A stretch of 64,000 bases of DNA from Naegleria gruberi (Eukaryota), in NCBI GenBank assembly GCA_000004985.1, contig GG738914.1, one strand, 5' to 3'. The position numbers and the translations under genes are program-made. Below, in pieces: positions 1 to 10,834 of the stretch (position 1 is its first letter; each line of letters begins with the position of its first letter). Under the pieces are notes generated by a model, which was not told where the DNA came from, made no database searches, and worked only from the letters and a program-made list of their open reading frames with translations.

Positions 1-4
1 CGGA

Positions 5-751
5 GTGTCAAGTCCTATGTACATGTTGTCTACTGTTGGGTTCAGATCTGATTTTTCAACTCTAGACTTTGGAAATTGTCAAGAATATTCCAAGTGTGGT
101 TTCGAATACAAATTTTTGATGGCCAACGTAGAGAATGTTGAAAGATATTTCATTGATTTTGTTACCAATATTATCAACAAGTCAGATCTTGGCAATAAGA
201 AGATTAGATTGTTGATTGTTGGACCAGAATTAGATTATGATAACGAAATTAGAAAGAAAATGACTCAATTACTATTCGAATGTTCGAATGTTACTCATCT
301 CTGTATCACTAAACCTTCCGAAATGGCAGCTTTCGCGTTAGAGAAGAAAAATGCAATTATCATTCACTCTGATGGCATCTCAACTAATATTGTTCCTGTT
401 ATTGAAGGCGAATCTTCTGATTACTTATTGAGATTTGAAAATTCATTGGTTGACTATAAGAATTTAACAAAATTCTACATGAAGAATCAAACAAAACTTG
501 GAGAAACAGTGAATGCTTCCTCTACTGGAATTTCAAAGCTTGTAATTGAACTCCTTTCTGATCTTGGAGATGATTACAATTTCACAGATACAATAGTTTC
601 AGGTCGCTCACTTTCGTTTAAAAGAATGAAAGAATGGAAATCAATTCCAAACATATCTAAGAGTGAATACAAACCAGAAGAATTAGTTTGGATGGGTGCA
701 TGTAAATTCGCAACTTATAGCTCAAACCAAAGATGGGTTTCACTTCAATAA
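5..751 (+). CDS. actin-related protein (Arp family), 3' fragment; the gene starts upstream of the window
   Basis: The translation carries actin-fold C-terminal motifs (IIIHSDGISTNIVPVIEGES resembles actin [20 protein letters not shown]; the C-terminal WMGACKFA resembles [10 protein letters not shown]). The ORF runs to the window edge. Confidence 0.5.
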   Translation: MSSPMYMLSTVGFRSDFSTLDFGNCQEYSKCGFEYKFLMANVENVERYFIDFVTNIINKSDLGNKKIRLLIVGPELDYDNEIRKKMTQLLFECSNVTHLCITKPSEMAAFALEKKNAIIIHSDGISTNIVPVIEGESSDYLLRFENSLVDYKNLTKFYMKNQTKLGETVNASSTGISKLVIELLSDLGDDYNFTDTIVSGRSLSFKRMKEWKSIPNISKSEYKPEELVWMGACKFATYSSNQRWVSLQ

Positions 752-1576
752 ATTGATTATTTTTTCCTTAATTCCAAAACATGCAGCAATTTCAGAGCTT
801 ACAATGCTATATTAGTTATGGTATTGAATCTTGGGCGGCATGAGAAAGCATTCAACGTTTGGTTTGATAACTAACCTTAATCCAAAAGAAACAATTTCCA
901 CAGACAATTGAAAATGATTCGCCCTTACTCAAATAATCTCTGATGGCACCACAACAGCAGCGATCAATCATCTACTGATCCAAATTATGGGAATGAGAAG
1001 CAGCAGCAATTGAGGAGATGCAAAATGTCCCCTCGTGTTAAATTCATTATTTTTTACACATTTTGAATCTTTGTTATTTGCGCGGGAGGAAAGGATGCGA
1101 ATGTTTTTGGTCTTAATGTCCAAAAAGGAAACACGCTTGCTGAATATAAAGAGGCAGAAAAGTTCTGAAAAAGATAAGGCTGTCTTGTGGCCTGCTTCGT
1201 TATAGTTGAAACCATACCAAGTGTTCCCCTTTTTTTGTGTGAAGTTCAGAACTGAAGGAGGATGATGTTGTTGATTAAGGTAAACATGACTTTTAATGGA
1301 CCCTCCTCACCTATCAATTCGCCTTAAAGAATCCCTTCTATTTTGTAACTTGCATTTGATTCCATGTGTATGCATATGGATACATTGAAACGACCAAAAA
1401 AAACCCCTCAACTTGGCTGTGCACACAAACAGAGTTGCACCACACGCTTAACCTTAAAGAATTCATCGAAAAACAGTTCATTGTATAGGGTACGAAATGA
1501 ATAACTATCACTCTCTTGTTAAATTAGCTGATAGCCGTCATTTACTTGATGGTTGGAAGGTCTTTTATTGTTAAAG

Positions 1577-1684
1577 GAACTACCACTTGTTTTGGAGAAG
1601 ACAGTACCAGCTCTACCTCTTGTGGTGCTTTTGGAAAATGTGTAGGGAATGATACTTGCTCATGTGACCCCAACGTAGCAATAG
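1577..1684 (+). CDS. upstream exon of the EGF-repeat surface-protein gene (more 5' exons are likely further upstream)
   Basis: This 108-nt open exon (TTCFGEDSTSSTSCGAFGKCVGNDTCSCDPNVAIG) is flanked by AG at 1575-1576 and a GTTAGT donor at 1685. It splices in frame into the 1734 exon across the 49-nt intron 1685..1733. Confidence 0.35.
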
Positions 1685-1733
1685 GTTAGTAGTGCTTGTC
1701 AAACTTTTGCTTATGGTAATCACTTTTATTAAG

Positions 1734-4700
1734 GAACCAAATGCGAAACACAATTGTGTGGAGGTAAATTACCAACAGATCCGAAAGTTTGTGGAGGAAG
1801 GGGTGTATGTTATAATGGAGATTGTGCGTGCACTTTGGATGAAAGATTTGGTTCAACCCAACACGTTGGACTCACTTGTGAAATACCAGTTTGTTTCCCA
1901 CTCCTTGTAGATCCGTACAGACGTGAATACGAATGTGGAGGACATGGCACATGTGTAGAAACCAATATCTGTGATTGCCATGTTGGATATGGTGGTTATG
2001 ATTGTACCAAGACTGGTTTCAAATGTAGTGGAATCAATGCAACAAATTCCAAGGTGTGTTCTGGGCGTGGACAATGCATCGATCAAGATTATTGTCTTTG
2101 TCAATCGGATGATTATGGTGGAGTTGACTGTTCGACACCCAAGTGCAATGGTTTTCTAGCAACAGAAGAGGGAGTGTGCAATGGACGAGGTCAATGTCTG
2201 CAACCAAATAATTGTACTTGTACTTCTGGATTTAGTGGAACAAATTGTGAACTTGATGCCAGTAATCAACAAGTTGAGAGAATAGTGACTTGTTATGGAG
2301 TGCTTTCAAATGATTCTGTGAATGTATGCTCTGGTAAAGGATCTTGTTTTGGAAATGATTATTGCAGCTGTCAGATAGGTTATACAGGTGCTCGGTGTAA
2401 TGAAACATTTTGCTTTGGAGTTTTACAAACAAGTGACAAGACATGCTCTGGAAATGGTGTTTGTTCATCATTGAATACTTGTTCATGCAATAATAATTCA
2501 CCCTTTTTGAGATATGTGGGTGAGGAGTGTGGAATTCTTCAATGTCGAGGAGTTGACTTGGAATTTTACAACTCCACCGATGTGAGAGTATGTTCAGGGA
2601 GAGGAGCATGCATAGATCATTTAGGATGTGTTTGTAATGAGGGTTATTATGGAGAATCTTGCCAAATCTCTTCATGTTTTTCAGTTTTATCAAATAGTTC
2701 ACAAGTTTGTAATGGTCATGGAATTTGTCAAGATTTGGACAATTGTGAATGTTATTCAAATTCTACAAATGGATACTGGTATGGAGATGATTGTTCGGTG
2801 TGTGCTAATTCCTATGAAGGAAATCTCTGTAATCTAAAGAAATCTTGCAACTCTTCCACTACTTGTATGAGCTTGGGTGAGTGTTCAAACAATGATTTAT
2901 GTCGTTGTGAAAGCTCTTTTGATGGAGAGAATTGTGAAGAATGTGCTCTTGGTTATTATGGCCCTTTGTGTGAAATATTTTGCTCTGCAGAATTGAATTG
3001 TTCTTCGAATGGAGTGTGCTCAAGAGATGGATTTTGTGATTGCTATCAATCGAGAGAATTGGGTTATTTCCAATCAGAAAACTGTTCCAAATGCTCGCCA
3101 GGATACTTTGGTAATGACTGCTCAACGTTTGTTGGATCAAATTTCACTTTTAACAATTATGGAAATGAGCTAATTTTGAGAATAATTCCTCCTCTCAATA
3201 TTGACAAGATTCAAACTGAAAATGAATGCAAAACTTTCTTCCCCCCTAGATCTAGATTAAAACTGGGTGGAGAATTCACTTGTCATTGGATAGACGTTTA
3301 CAACGGATATCTTTCAGTGCTGATTCCTCAAAACGCAACAATTATACCAGGAGATTTCTTAGAGTTTAATGTTTATTCATTTGAACAATATGCAAAACCA
3401 GCTCAGTATCGAAATATCACGTCATTTGCAAGTGATGTGAACAAGATTATCACGCAACATGCTGACATTGAAACTGCAACAAGTTTCCAGAAAGGAACAA
3501 CCTTAACCATCAGGGGAAAGAGTTTGATAAGTATTGAAAGAGAAAGAGAATTGTATTATGAGTGGAGTATTGTAAATTCTAACCCTACTATGAATTCACT
3601 AAATAGTCATGTCAGCTCTCAGTCAGGATGGGGTAAATCAGTCATTTCCATTCCAAGTTCTTTCACATCAAGTGTGAACCTTATCAATCTCAAACTAAGA
3701 ATTGCAAATTATTATCAACAATTTGGATCTGAAAAGCAAGTTATCTTACAAGATTTGTCAACTGCCAGCTCATCAGTCAATCAAGTACAAATCAAAATTA
3801 CAACAGCAAGAAATAGATTATACATACTCAATGATATACTTCCTTACAAAATCAATTGCAAATTGACCGTAAACGGTGTGCAAGTCACCAACATTATATC
3901 GAGCGGATACTCAATTGAATGGAGTCTAAGTCCTGATCTTGGAATAGGTTTAGCAAATCTCACCCTTATTACATTGAAACCATATACAAGTGACAATAGC
4001 ACTGTTTTGTTTACATCTGAAGATACTCTGTATTATGATTTCTACAATGTACCTTATACAGTCTTTAATGTGTCAGCTGTTGTTAAGAAAAATGGAACTG
4101 TCGTCTCTAGTGACAGTTTACAAATTCATTTCAATTTATTTGAGCAAAAGCAGTATGGTATTACACTGTCTCGAACACCTACTGATATGACCATTGATGC
4201 TCAATATCCAGCTGTCATATCATTATCCATTCCACCAGAAGTAACAATTTTATCAGTTGAGTGGGCATGTTTTGCCTATCACATGTATAAGGGAAAGTGT
4301 CACGATCAATATCAAGCAATTATTGCTCAAAGTGGAAACAAGACAAGAATTGAACTTCCAAAGAGTGCCATTTTCCTTCATTATAACACTGTAAAATTCT
4401 CTGTAAAAATTACAACCACTTCAGGAGTTGAGTATCGAGATACAAGTTTTTCACCAAGTGCCTCCTATCAAATTCCATATGCAGTCACAGAGACTGCCTT
4501 CTTCAGTTCTGGCTATAGAGGACCATTTAGATTGTATTCTCTTCATGGAACTAAATTCTCTTTCGAATATCGTTTATTTGATAGCACAGAACCATCCATA
4601 GCATCAGCAGGTGATGCTCCAGCCACAACTGGAACAGTTACAGCATATAACGTTTACAGTAACAATCAAATTACATTAAGTGCCGCCAATGGAATAACTA

Positions 4701-5308
4701 CCTACACAGACACTTACTACAGTGGTCCAAATTTGGCTAAATTAGTTAAAGTTGACATGACAAAATTTTCATCTCCAATTTATTTCCAAGTGAAATTTAC
4801 TTACAAAACTTTGGAGATGAATGTTAGACAATATTTAATTATTGGAACAGTTCCAAGAGAAAGGGTGGATATTAATGTGAAAGTTGTTCCATTCGTTCAA
4901 AATCCAGAGTTCAGCAATTACATTTTTCAAGTTTCGAATGATGTAGCAAATTCATTCTATGAAGTAACTGTTTCTCTTTCTCTGAGATATAAGAATGACA
5001 CTAGCATGTCCTACTCATTTGGTTCTCTGTCCATGTTTAGTTTAAATAGAGAGGTAAAAATTGCCTTTCCACCTCTCTTGGATTCGTTTACAATCTATAA
5101 GAAAGTAACCTATTATACGGATTCCTGGGTTGGGTACGAACATGAAGAATCACTTTATATCTACGAAGAAGAAGTTGCCTCATTCCCTGCCTCTCCACAC
5201 AGTTCTGATCCATTCATTAAGGCGATGCAATCAAAAATTAAGATTGCATTCGAAAAGGGATCGAATTATCTTTCTTCAGCTTCATCCATTATGAATTCAT
5301 ACTATTAA
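1734..5308 (+). CDS. large secreted or surface protein: N-terminal tenascin-type EGF repeats followed by about 750 aa of beta-rich Ser/Thr/Asn-rich domain
   Basis: There are about 13 tandem copies of the Cx3-5GxCx4-6CxCxxGYxGxxC module (for example CSGRGQCIDQDYCLCQSDDYGGVDC). The track ORF 1754..5308 begins at a TTG, and the reading frame is open back to the 3' splice site at 1733. Confidence 0.7.
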
Positions 5309-5505
5309 ATCAACAATTATTGTCCCTGGAAATAGTCAACTCGTTCTGAATACTTACAAACTGGTTAACAAAAAAAACCGCCAAAAATAAATTTAAAAAA
5401 ATAACGCAAACCATAACTGCATGGATGACCTTTTGTGGTGAATGGAATTTTGAGCGAAAAGAATAACCTTCATAGCTTGTTATTGCCTTGAGCGATAATT
5501 TAATA

Positions 5506-5602
5506 TTCAAGCTGATGAGTAAGACACGGCGTCGGGTTACTCCTTCGCGCTCAATCATACATGTGGAAATAACATCTTCCGGGCGTTTTAACCCTGATTG
5601 AA
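5506..5602 (+). ncRNA. candidate C/D-box snoRNA
   Basis: A terminal stem TTCAA (5506-5510) pairs with TTGAA (5598-5602). It brackets a C-box-like CTGATGA (5512-5518) and a D-box CTGA (5594-5597) about 80 nt apart. The element is a GC-richer island inside AT-rich intergenic DNA. Confidence 0.3.
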
Positions 5603-5675
5603 TATATAGAAAACAGAATAACAATTTTATGCTTTTGAATTTCTCATTAATTCTTTACATCAATTTGAAAGAAAA

Positions 5676-6752
5676 ATGGACAGATTTCTCACTAGTTCTG
5701 GTCACGAAAAGCATTTTTCTGGTGAGTTTTTTATTTTGAATTTTTGTGATGCTATTCCATTATATTAAAATCATCGGATCTAACAAATAGCTGAGGATAC
5801 AATATTTACTGATGATATCTGTGAGGAAATTTCATCATTTCTTGAATCTTTTTTCCTTCTAAATAATTGTTTATTAATTTCAAAACAATGGTTTCGAATA
5901 ATTAAAGAAAATGTGAAACATTCACTCAGTTTTGAGAAACAGATGAATTATCAAGCAAGTGAACAATTATTACAAAGTCAATTTTTAGGAAACATTATTG
6001 AATTGAGTTTTTCTAATCAGACTTTGACTCAAAGTGGTGTTTTGTCAAATGTTATCAAATCTCTAATTTTAATGAAAGAATTAATTACGTTGGATATTTC
6101 TTACCAAAAAATAGGTGATGCAGGATCGAATACAATTGGTCAATTGATCAAATTGACAAAACTTTATGTTTGTGGAAATGAAATCAGTAGTGAAGGAGCC
6201 AAGTCAATTGGTCAATTAAAAAATCTTACCTATCTCAGTGTCAGAATTAATCATCTTGGATCTGAAGGAGCCAAATCAATTGGTCAACTTGAAAAATTAA
6301 GAACACTTTACATTGCGCACAATCAAATTGGAGATGAAGGAATCAAATCAATTAGTCAATTGAAGGAATTAACAACATTATATACAGACTACAATCAAAT
6401 TGGAAGTGGAGGAGCCAAATCAATTGGTGAAATGAAACAATTAACAGAACTTGGCATTTCTGAAAATAATATTGAAGACGAAGGGGCAAAATCAATTGGT
6501 CAACTAATATATCTTAGAAAACTCTCAGCATCTCGATGCAGAATTGGTGATGAAGGGGCTGAATCAATTAGTAAATTGATTAATTTAACAAAACTCAGTA
6601 TTAACACAAATCCAATCAAAGATGAAGGAGCCCTCCACATTATTAAATTACCCCAACTGAAAAAGCTTGACATCACTCGGTGTAGTATTAAAAGTGAAGG
6701 GAAAAAAGTGCTCACCGAAATGAAACTAGTATTCAAAACTCTCTATCACTAA
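5676..6752 (+). CDS. F-box / RNI-type leucine-rich-repeat protein (two exons; intron 5722..5790)
   Basis: Exon 1 (ATG 5676, MDRFLTSSGHEKHFS) joins across a 69-nt GTGAGT...CTAAC...AG intron to an exon encoding an F-box-like motif (ICEEISSFLESFFLLNNCLLISKQWFRII). About 9 LRRs of the type LxxLxLxxNxIGxEGAKSIGQL follow. The track ORF 5913 starts at a GTG. Confidence 0.7.
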
Positions 6753-6959
6753 AAAAGAATATTTTACGGTTTTATGTTACTCTTTAGGATGGAAGGAAAT
6801 ATTGAGATACCTTCCAATAAATTTTCTTGATTACTTAATTTTTTGTTAAGAAAAAATACCCGCCAAATATTCCTTCCAGTTTTGCACAGAATTCCAACTT
6901 TTATTGGAAAATTAAAAAAGATTAAAATAAATTTGAAAAATGTTTATTTTTTATTAAAA

Positions 6960-9223
6960 AAATTTAAACGTTTATTAATCGAATGAACCCGACGGGTTCG
7001 TCCATTTGGAACGTCTTATTGAATTTTTAAGATTTTGTTGTATTGTTTTTGTACTCTTCCTCCAAAAAGTGAGAGGCCTCCTTGTATCTTGGGCCATTGT
7101 TCTTTGATAATACCTTGAATAGGTTCTGTCAGAATACCAAAGATATTCAGTTGGAATGAGTTTGGTGTTAATGTTTCTGTCCTCTCTGTGCTTAGTACTG
7201 GTTCGAGATTGGTATTTTTTTTGATTTCTTCAATCATCCAGTTTCTAGCTGAATTCATTTCTGGGCATTCTATGAAGAGGTGTTCTGTGTCAAGGTTTTT
7301 GTTACATGTTGGGCATTGTGGGTTGTCTACTATGAGGCTTCTTAAGTGTCCATTTATCATGAGCCTCCAGATTGAGTATTTGTGAGTTGGGGTGGTATGT
7401 TCTTTGAGGTACTTGAGATTTGTTCTGTTGATGAGTTCGGATGTTCCTTGATCGTAGAGCTTTTCACTAAGTACTCCTTTGATTCTACTTTTCCAAACTT
7501 TTTTCGAATTGGTGATAATTAATTGCCCTTGAGTTAGTAGATGTTGGGGTGTAATTCGATGTCCTATTCTTGAGGCTTGTTTGGCTTTCTTATCAGCGTA
7601 GTTATTTCCATCTGTTATTCCTGTATGAGCTTTTGTCCATTCGATGGATGCTTGAAGTTTTTTAGTGCTGATGAGGTTGGTAATTTCATCTTTGATTTGC
7701 TTAAATTGACCTTTGTAATTTGTGTTGTTAATTATTTTGACTGCTATTTCACTGTCAGTGAGTACCTTTGCATTGCTGTTTGGTGGTATGATGTGTAGTG
7801 CTGTTGTAATTGCTGATAATTCAGCCATGTTGTTTGAGTGGTATGAGTGGAGCTTGTATTTGTATCCTTTTGTAAATTCGTTGTTCTGAATGATTACACT
7901 GAATCCTACTTTGTTTTCTGATTTGGATCCATCAGTCCATATTGTGAATTCTGAGTAGGAGTATTGTTCATCTTTTTCCTTTTCCAGAAGTTGATGATTG
8001 GTGTTACATTTTGTTGTGGTAAGTTTGTGTTGTTTTAGGATGTAGTGGAATTTCTCAAATATGTTGTGTAGTTTTGTTTTGTTCGTGTTACAGTTATTAA
8101 TTCCGTACTGTACTGCTTCTCTGACAAGTGGGTTACTTGAGTGGAATTTGTTGATTAAGTTATTGCAAAGGATTGAGTTGGCTATGTATTCGAGGTTTGG
8201 AATTTCTAGTCCTTTTCTTTCGAATTGTGCATACATTATGGATGGTTTTACCTTTGCATCGATCTTCAGTGATCTTTTTAGGTTACCCCTTATTGTTGAG
8301 TCAATTGTTTGTAGGCGAGGATTGGAAATTGAATTTCCTCCTGCTAGATGGATAAAACTACTAATTGTCTTGCCCATTATGATTCTTTTGAGATTTTCTG
8401 GTTCTATCAAATGGATTGGAAGTATTTTTAGTATTTGTGTTACTCTAGCTTCTCTTTTGTCAATTTCTTTTGTGAAGAGATGGTCTTCTGTGATGTAGTT
8501 TCCTAATGTTCTTTGATTGGTTTGTCTTGGTATTAACGTATCGTCAAGCTTAACTGTGAAGTCTTTAAGGGCTATTCTTTCCGGTGTGACAGAAGTTATT
8601 GATTTAGAAGCATTGATTTTCATTTTGAGATTCCCTATCCATTTGTTCAGTTGTTTGAGTTTGGTATTGTGTTTCTTGTTGGGTTGTGTTACTAATGAGC
8701 AGTCATCAGCAAAATTAAGAGTTCCTATTTCTTCAATTTTGAATGATGGTGTGACAGGTATTTTCCAATTCTCGATTTGGTAATCTATTATAATTTGGGT
8801 GATTGTGTTATACATTAGTGGTGCTAGTGGACATCCTTGTGGAACACCTCTTGTTTTGGTGAGAGGGTTAATTAATATGTCATTCCATTCTATATATGCT
8901 TTGTGATTGCTGTATGCATTGATTATGAATGTAGTGAGATTTGGTGGGAATTTACAATGTTTCATAGCTAATCTAAGGACACAATGTTCTACACCGTCAT
9001 ATGCATTTTCTATGTCCAAGTTGGTGATTACAAATGCATTTGTTTTCTTGTATTTGACTCTTAATGCTTGGATTACTAGAATATGGTTGTTAACTTCTCT
9101 GTTGGATGTGAATGCTTGTTGTCTAATATTGATGTTATCTTTTGCCCATTTACCTATTTTCCTTGCTATGATGTTAAATAATAGTCTATATAGTGTACTA
9201 TTTTTTATTAAAAAAATGATCAA
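6960..9223 (-). mobile_element. 5'-truncated non-LTR (LINE-like) retrotransposon copy
   Basis: A single 735-aa ORF encodes RT, RNase H and a Cys-motif domain. There is no endonuclease or ORF1 upstream, and a 3' UTR-like stretch with a hairpin follows the stop codon. Confidence 0.65.
7016..9223 (-). CDS. LINE ORF2 fragment: reverse transcriptase, RNase H, and a C-terminal CCHC-like zinc motif
   Basis: RT motifs are present (NLDIENAYDGVEH, LNFADDCSLV). An RNase H domain follows (TIWTDGS ... MAELSAITTALH ... NNYADKKAKQA), then a C-terminal Cx2C...H...C motif (CPTCNKNLDTEHLFIECP). Confidence 0.75.
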   Translation of the reverse strand: MIIFLIKNSTLYRLLFNIIARKIGKWAKDNINIRQQAFTSNREVNNHILVIQALRVKYKKTNAFVITNLDIENAYDGVEHCVLRLAMKHCKFPPNLTTFIINAYSNHKAYIEWNDILINPLTKTRGVPQGCPLAPLMYNTITQIIIDYQIENWKIPVTPSFKIEEIGTLNFADDCSLVTQPNKKHNTKLKQLNKWIGNLKMKINASKSITSVTPERIALKDFTVKLDDTLIPRQTNQRTLGNYITEDHLFTKEIDKREARVTQILKILPIHLIEPENLKRIIMGKTISSFIHLAGGNSISNPRLQTIDSTIRGNLKRSLKIDAKVKPSIMYAQFERKGLEIPNLEYIANSILCNNLINKFHSSNPLVREAVQYGINNCNTNKTKLHNIFEKFHYILKQHKLTTTKCNTNHQLLEKEKDEQYSYSEFTIWTDGSKSENKVGFSVIIQNNEFTKGYKYKLHSYHSNNMAELSAITTALHIIPPNSNAKVLTDSEIAVKIINNTNYKGQFKQIKDEITNLISTKKLQASIEWTKAHTGITDGNNYADKKAKQASRIGHRITPQHLLTQGQLIITNSKKVWKSRIKGVLSEKLYDQGTSELINRTNLKYLKEHTTPTHKYSIWRLMINGHLRSLIVDNPQCPTCNKNLDTEHLFIECPEMNSARNWMIEEIKKNTNLEPVLSTERTETLTPNSFQLNIFGILTEPIQGIIKEQWPKIQGGLSLFGGRVQKQYNKILKIQ

Positions 9224-10271
9224 TCAACAAGACAACATTTCTGCATCACCTTCTCTCACTAGCAATAACAATCATCAGAGACCAATCAGCACACCCGATG
9301 ATCGTCCAACAACTGTTAACATTCCATCACAAATTAGTCAAAATTCTAACCGACCAGTGGTTGCCCCAATTTCTTCCCAACAGCACAAGGATACAAAGTA
9401 TATTATGGTGGCTGATATTGCCTCTGCAAAGATTTTTGCAAATATTATGCACTGTATTTGTTCCGATAAGAAGAAGGAAGATGCTTGGGTGATTTGCGAA
9501 ATTATGGAGGAAGGAATTAAATTCTACATTCAAGACAAATCAATTCAAGGAGTTGCTAGTATGAAGAGGGATATTTTCCAAAATTATATTTATAATGGTG
9601 CAGCACATGCAAAATATTCATTCGAAATTAATGTACAAATCTTGATTCAATGTTTGATTTTATACGGAGCTAATTCATCACAAGGAACAATTGTGAAACT
9701 TTGTTATCCTGGTGTTGAAAATACATTATCATTACTTTTGGGAGAAGAACGTGTAGTAACAGATTGTAATATTAAGATTAGGCATGGAGCAGAACCTTTA
9801 GATTTTGAATTCAAAGGTTCTGAAGAAACATGTAAAATTGTTTTAAAGAGTGAAGTTATGACTGATGCTCTTTCAGAAATTGATTGGCTTGCAAAGACTA
9901 TGGAAATAGGTGTTGAAATGGATGTCCAAGAGCAAGGTGAGGACCAAGTTGCCATAACTTTACCAAAAGGAAAATTATTTTTCAAAACAGTTGATAATGT
10001 GATTGGATCTATGGATATTATTATTCCAAGTACAAATGAGGGTGTATGTTCCTTTGAGGTAAATCACACCCAAATGAGCGTATTTAAATTATCTCATATT
10101 CAACAAGCTTTAAAGGCTTTACCACATTCTGATAGAGTTTGTATTAGAATGAATGAACAAGGTTTACTACAATGGCAATTCATGGTTCGTGCAACTGAAC
10201 CAATAACCTATGTAGATTACACAATGCTACCAATTGATGCAGAATTAGAAGATACAGATTCCACCTTCTAA
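9216..10271 (+). CDS. RAD1: cell-cycle checkpoint protein Rad1 (9-1-1 clamp subunit) homolog
   Basis: The translation aligns by eye to human RAD1 across the protein. KYIMVADIASAKIFANIMHCI resembles YSLVASLDNVRNLSTILKAIHF; LKSEVMTDALSEIDW resembles LQSEGLREAFSELDM; VCIRMNEQGLLQWQFMVRATEPITYVDYTMLP resembles VSIRTDNRGFLSLQYMIRNEDGQICFVEYYCCP. The first in-frame ATG is at 9216 and is followed by an N/S/P-rich N-terminal extension. Confidence 0.7.
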   Translation: MINQQDNISASPSLTSNNNHQRPISTPDDRPTTVNIPSQISQNSNRPVVAPISSQQHKDTKYIMVADIASAKIFANIMHCICSDKKKEDAWVICEIMEEGIKFYIQDKSIQGVASMKRDIFQNYIYNGAAHAKYSFEINVQILIQCLILYGANSSQGTIVKLCYPGVENTLSLLLGEERVVTDCNIKIRHGAEPLDFEFKGSEETCKIVLKSEVMTDALSEIDWLAKTMEIGVEMDVQEQGEDQVAITLPKGKLFFKTVDNVIGSMDIIIPSTNEGVCSFEVNHTQMSVFKLSHIQQALKALPHSDRVCIRMNEQGLLQWQFMVRATEPITYVDYTMLPIDAELEDTDSTF

Positions 10272-10834
10272 AATTGGAAATTAATGAATTATATCATTTA
10301 GATCATGTACGAATTAGTATGAAAATATCTTTTTTCAGCAACCATCTTTTTATTTTCATTGATAATGTCTAAATGAAAGGTGAAAGTAGAATTGAAATTG
10401 AATTGTGCAAACAATAGCAGTAGAAGCATTAATAGAATAGTATCATCAAACACACTACAGCAAACAATAAATAGTATGATAAATAAATAAACATCTAAAA
10501 AGTATTGGTTAATATTTCCACACAATGGTTGGTAATTCTTTTGTTGATAAAATGAATTGGAGAATAGGAAAGAAATTATTGGATGAAAAGAGTAGTAGTT
10601 GGGAATTTTGGTAGTGGTGGTATTAAAATTACTTCCAAACTTGTTGGAATTTTGGATGAAATATCGATTATTGGAGGATGAAAATAGGGAAGTGAACGGA
10701 AAGGTGGAGGAATTATGGTGTTGATTTGCAGAGTCGTGTATTCTCTCCTCTAATTGTTGTTGTTGATGATAATGATGACAATTATTGTCATCCATAAAAT
10801 TATTAGAGAGTGTAAACTTTCGCCTTTGCGTGAT

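Noticed and set aside
2232-3140. Antisense ORFs (175 aa, 93 aa) opposite the EGF-repeat CDS
   Set aside because: They are His/Asn-rich translations of the reverse strand of Cys-codon-rich sequence. The sense EGF frame is clearly the coding one.
5500-5600. Hammerhead-ribozyme or tRNA-like reading of the GC-rich island
   Set aside because: CUGAUGA is present, but it lacks the matching GAAAC core and stem arrangement, and no cloverleaf can be drawn. A box C/D snoRNA is a better fit and is reported as such.
10298-10795. 165-aa low-complexity ORF downstream of the PRL gene
   Set aside because: It is rich in N/Q/F homopolymer codons with no motif. It probably lies in the shared 3' UTR or intergenic space between Rad1 and PRL.
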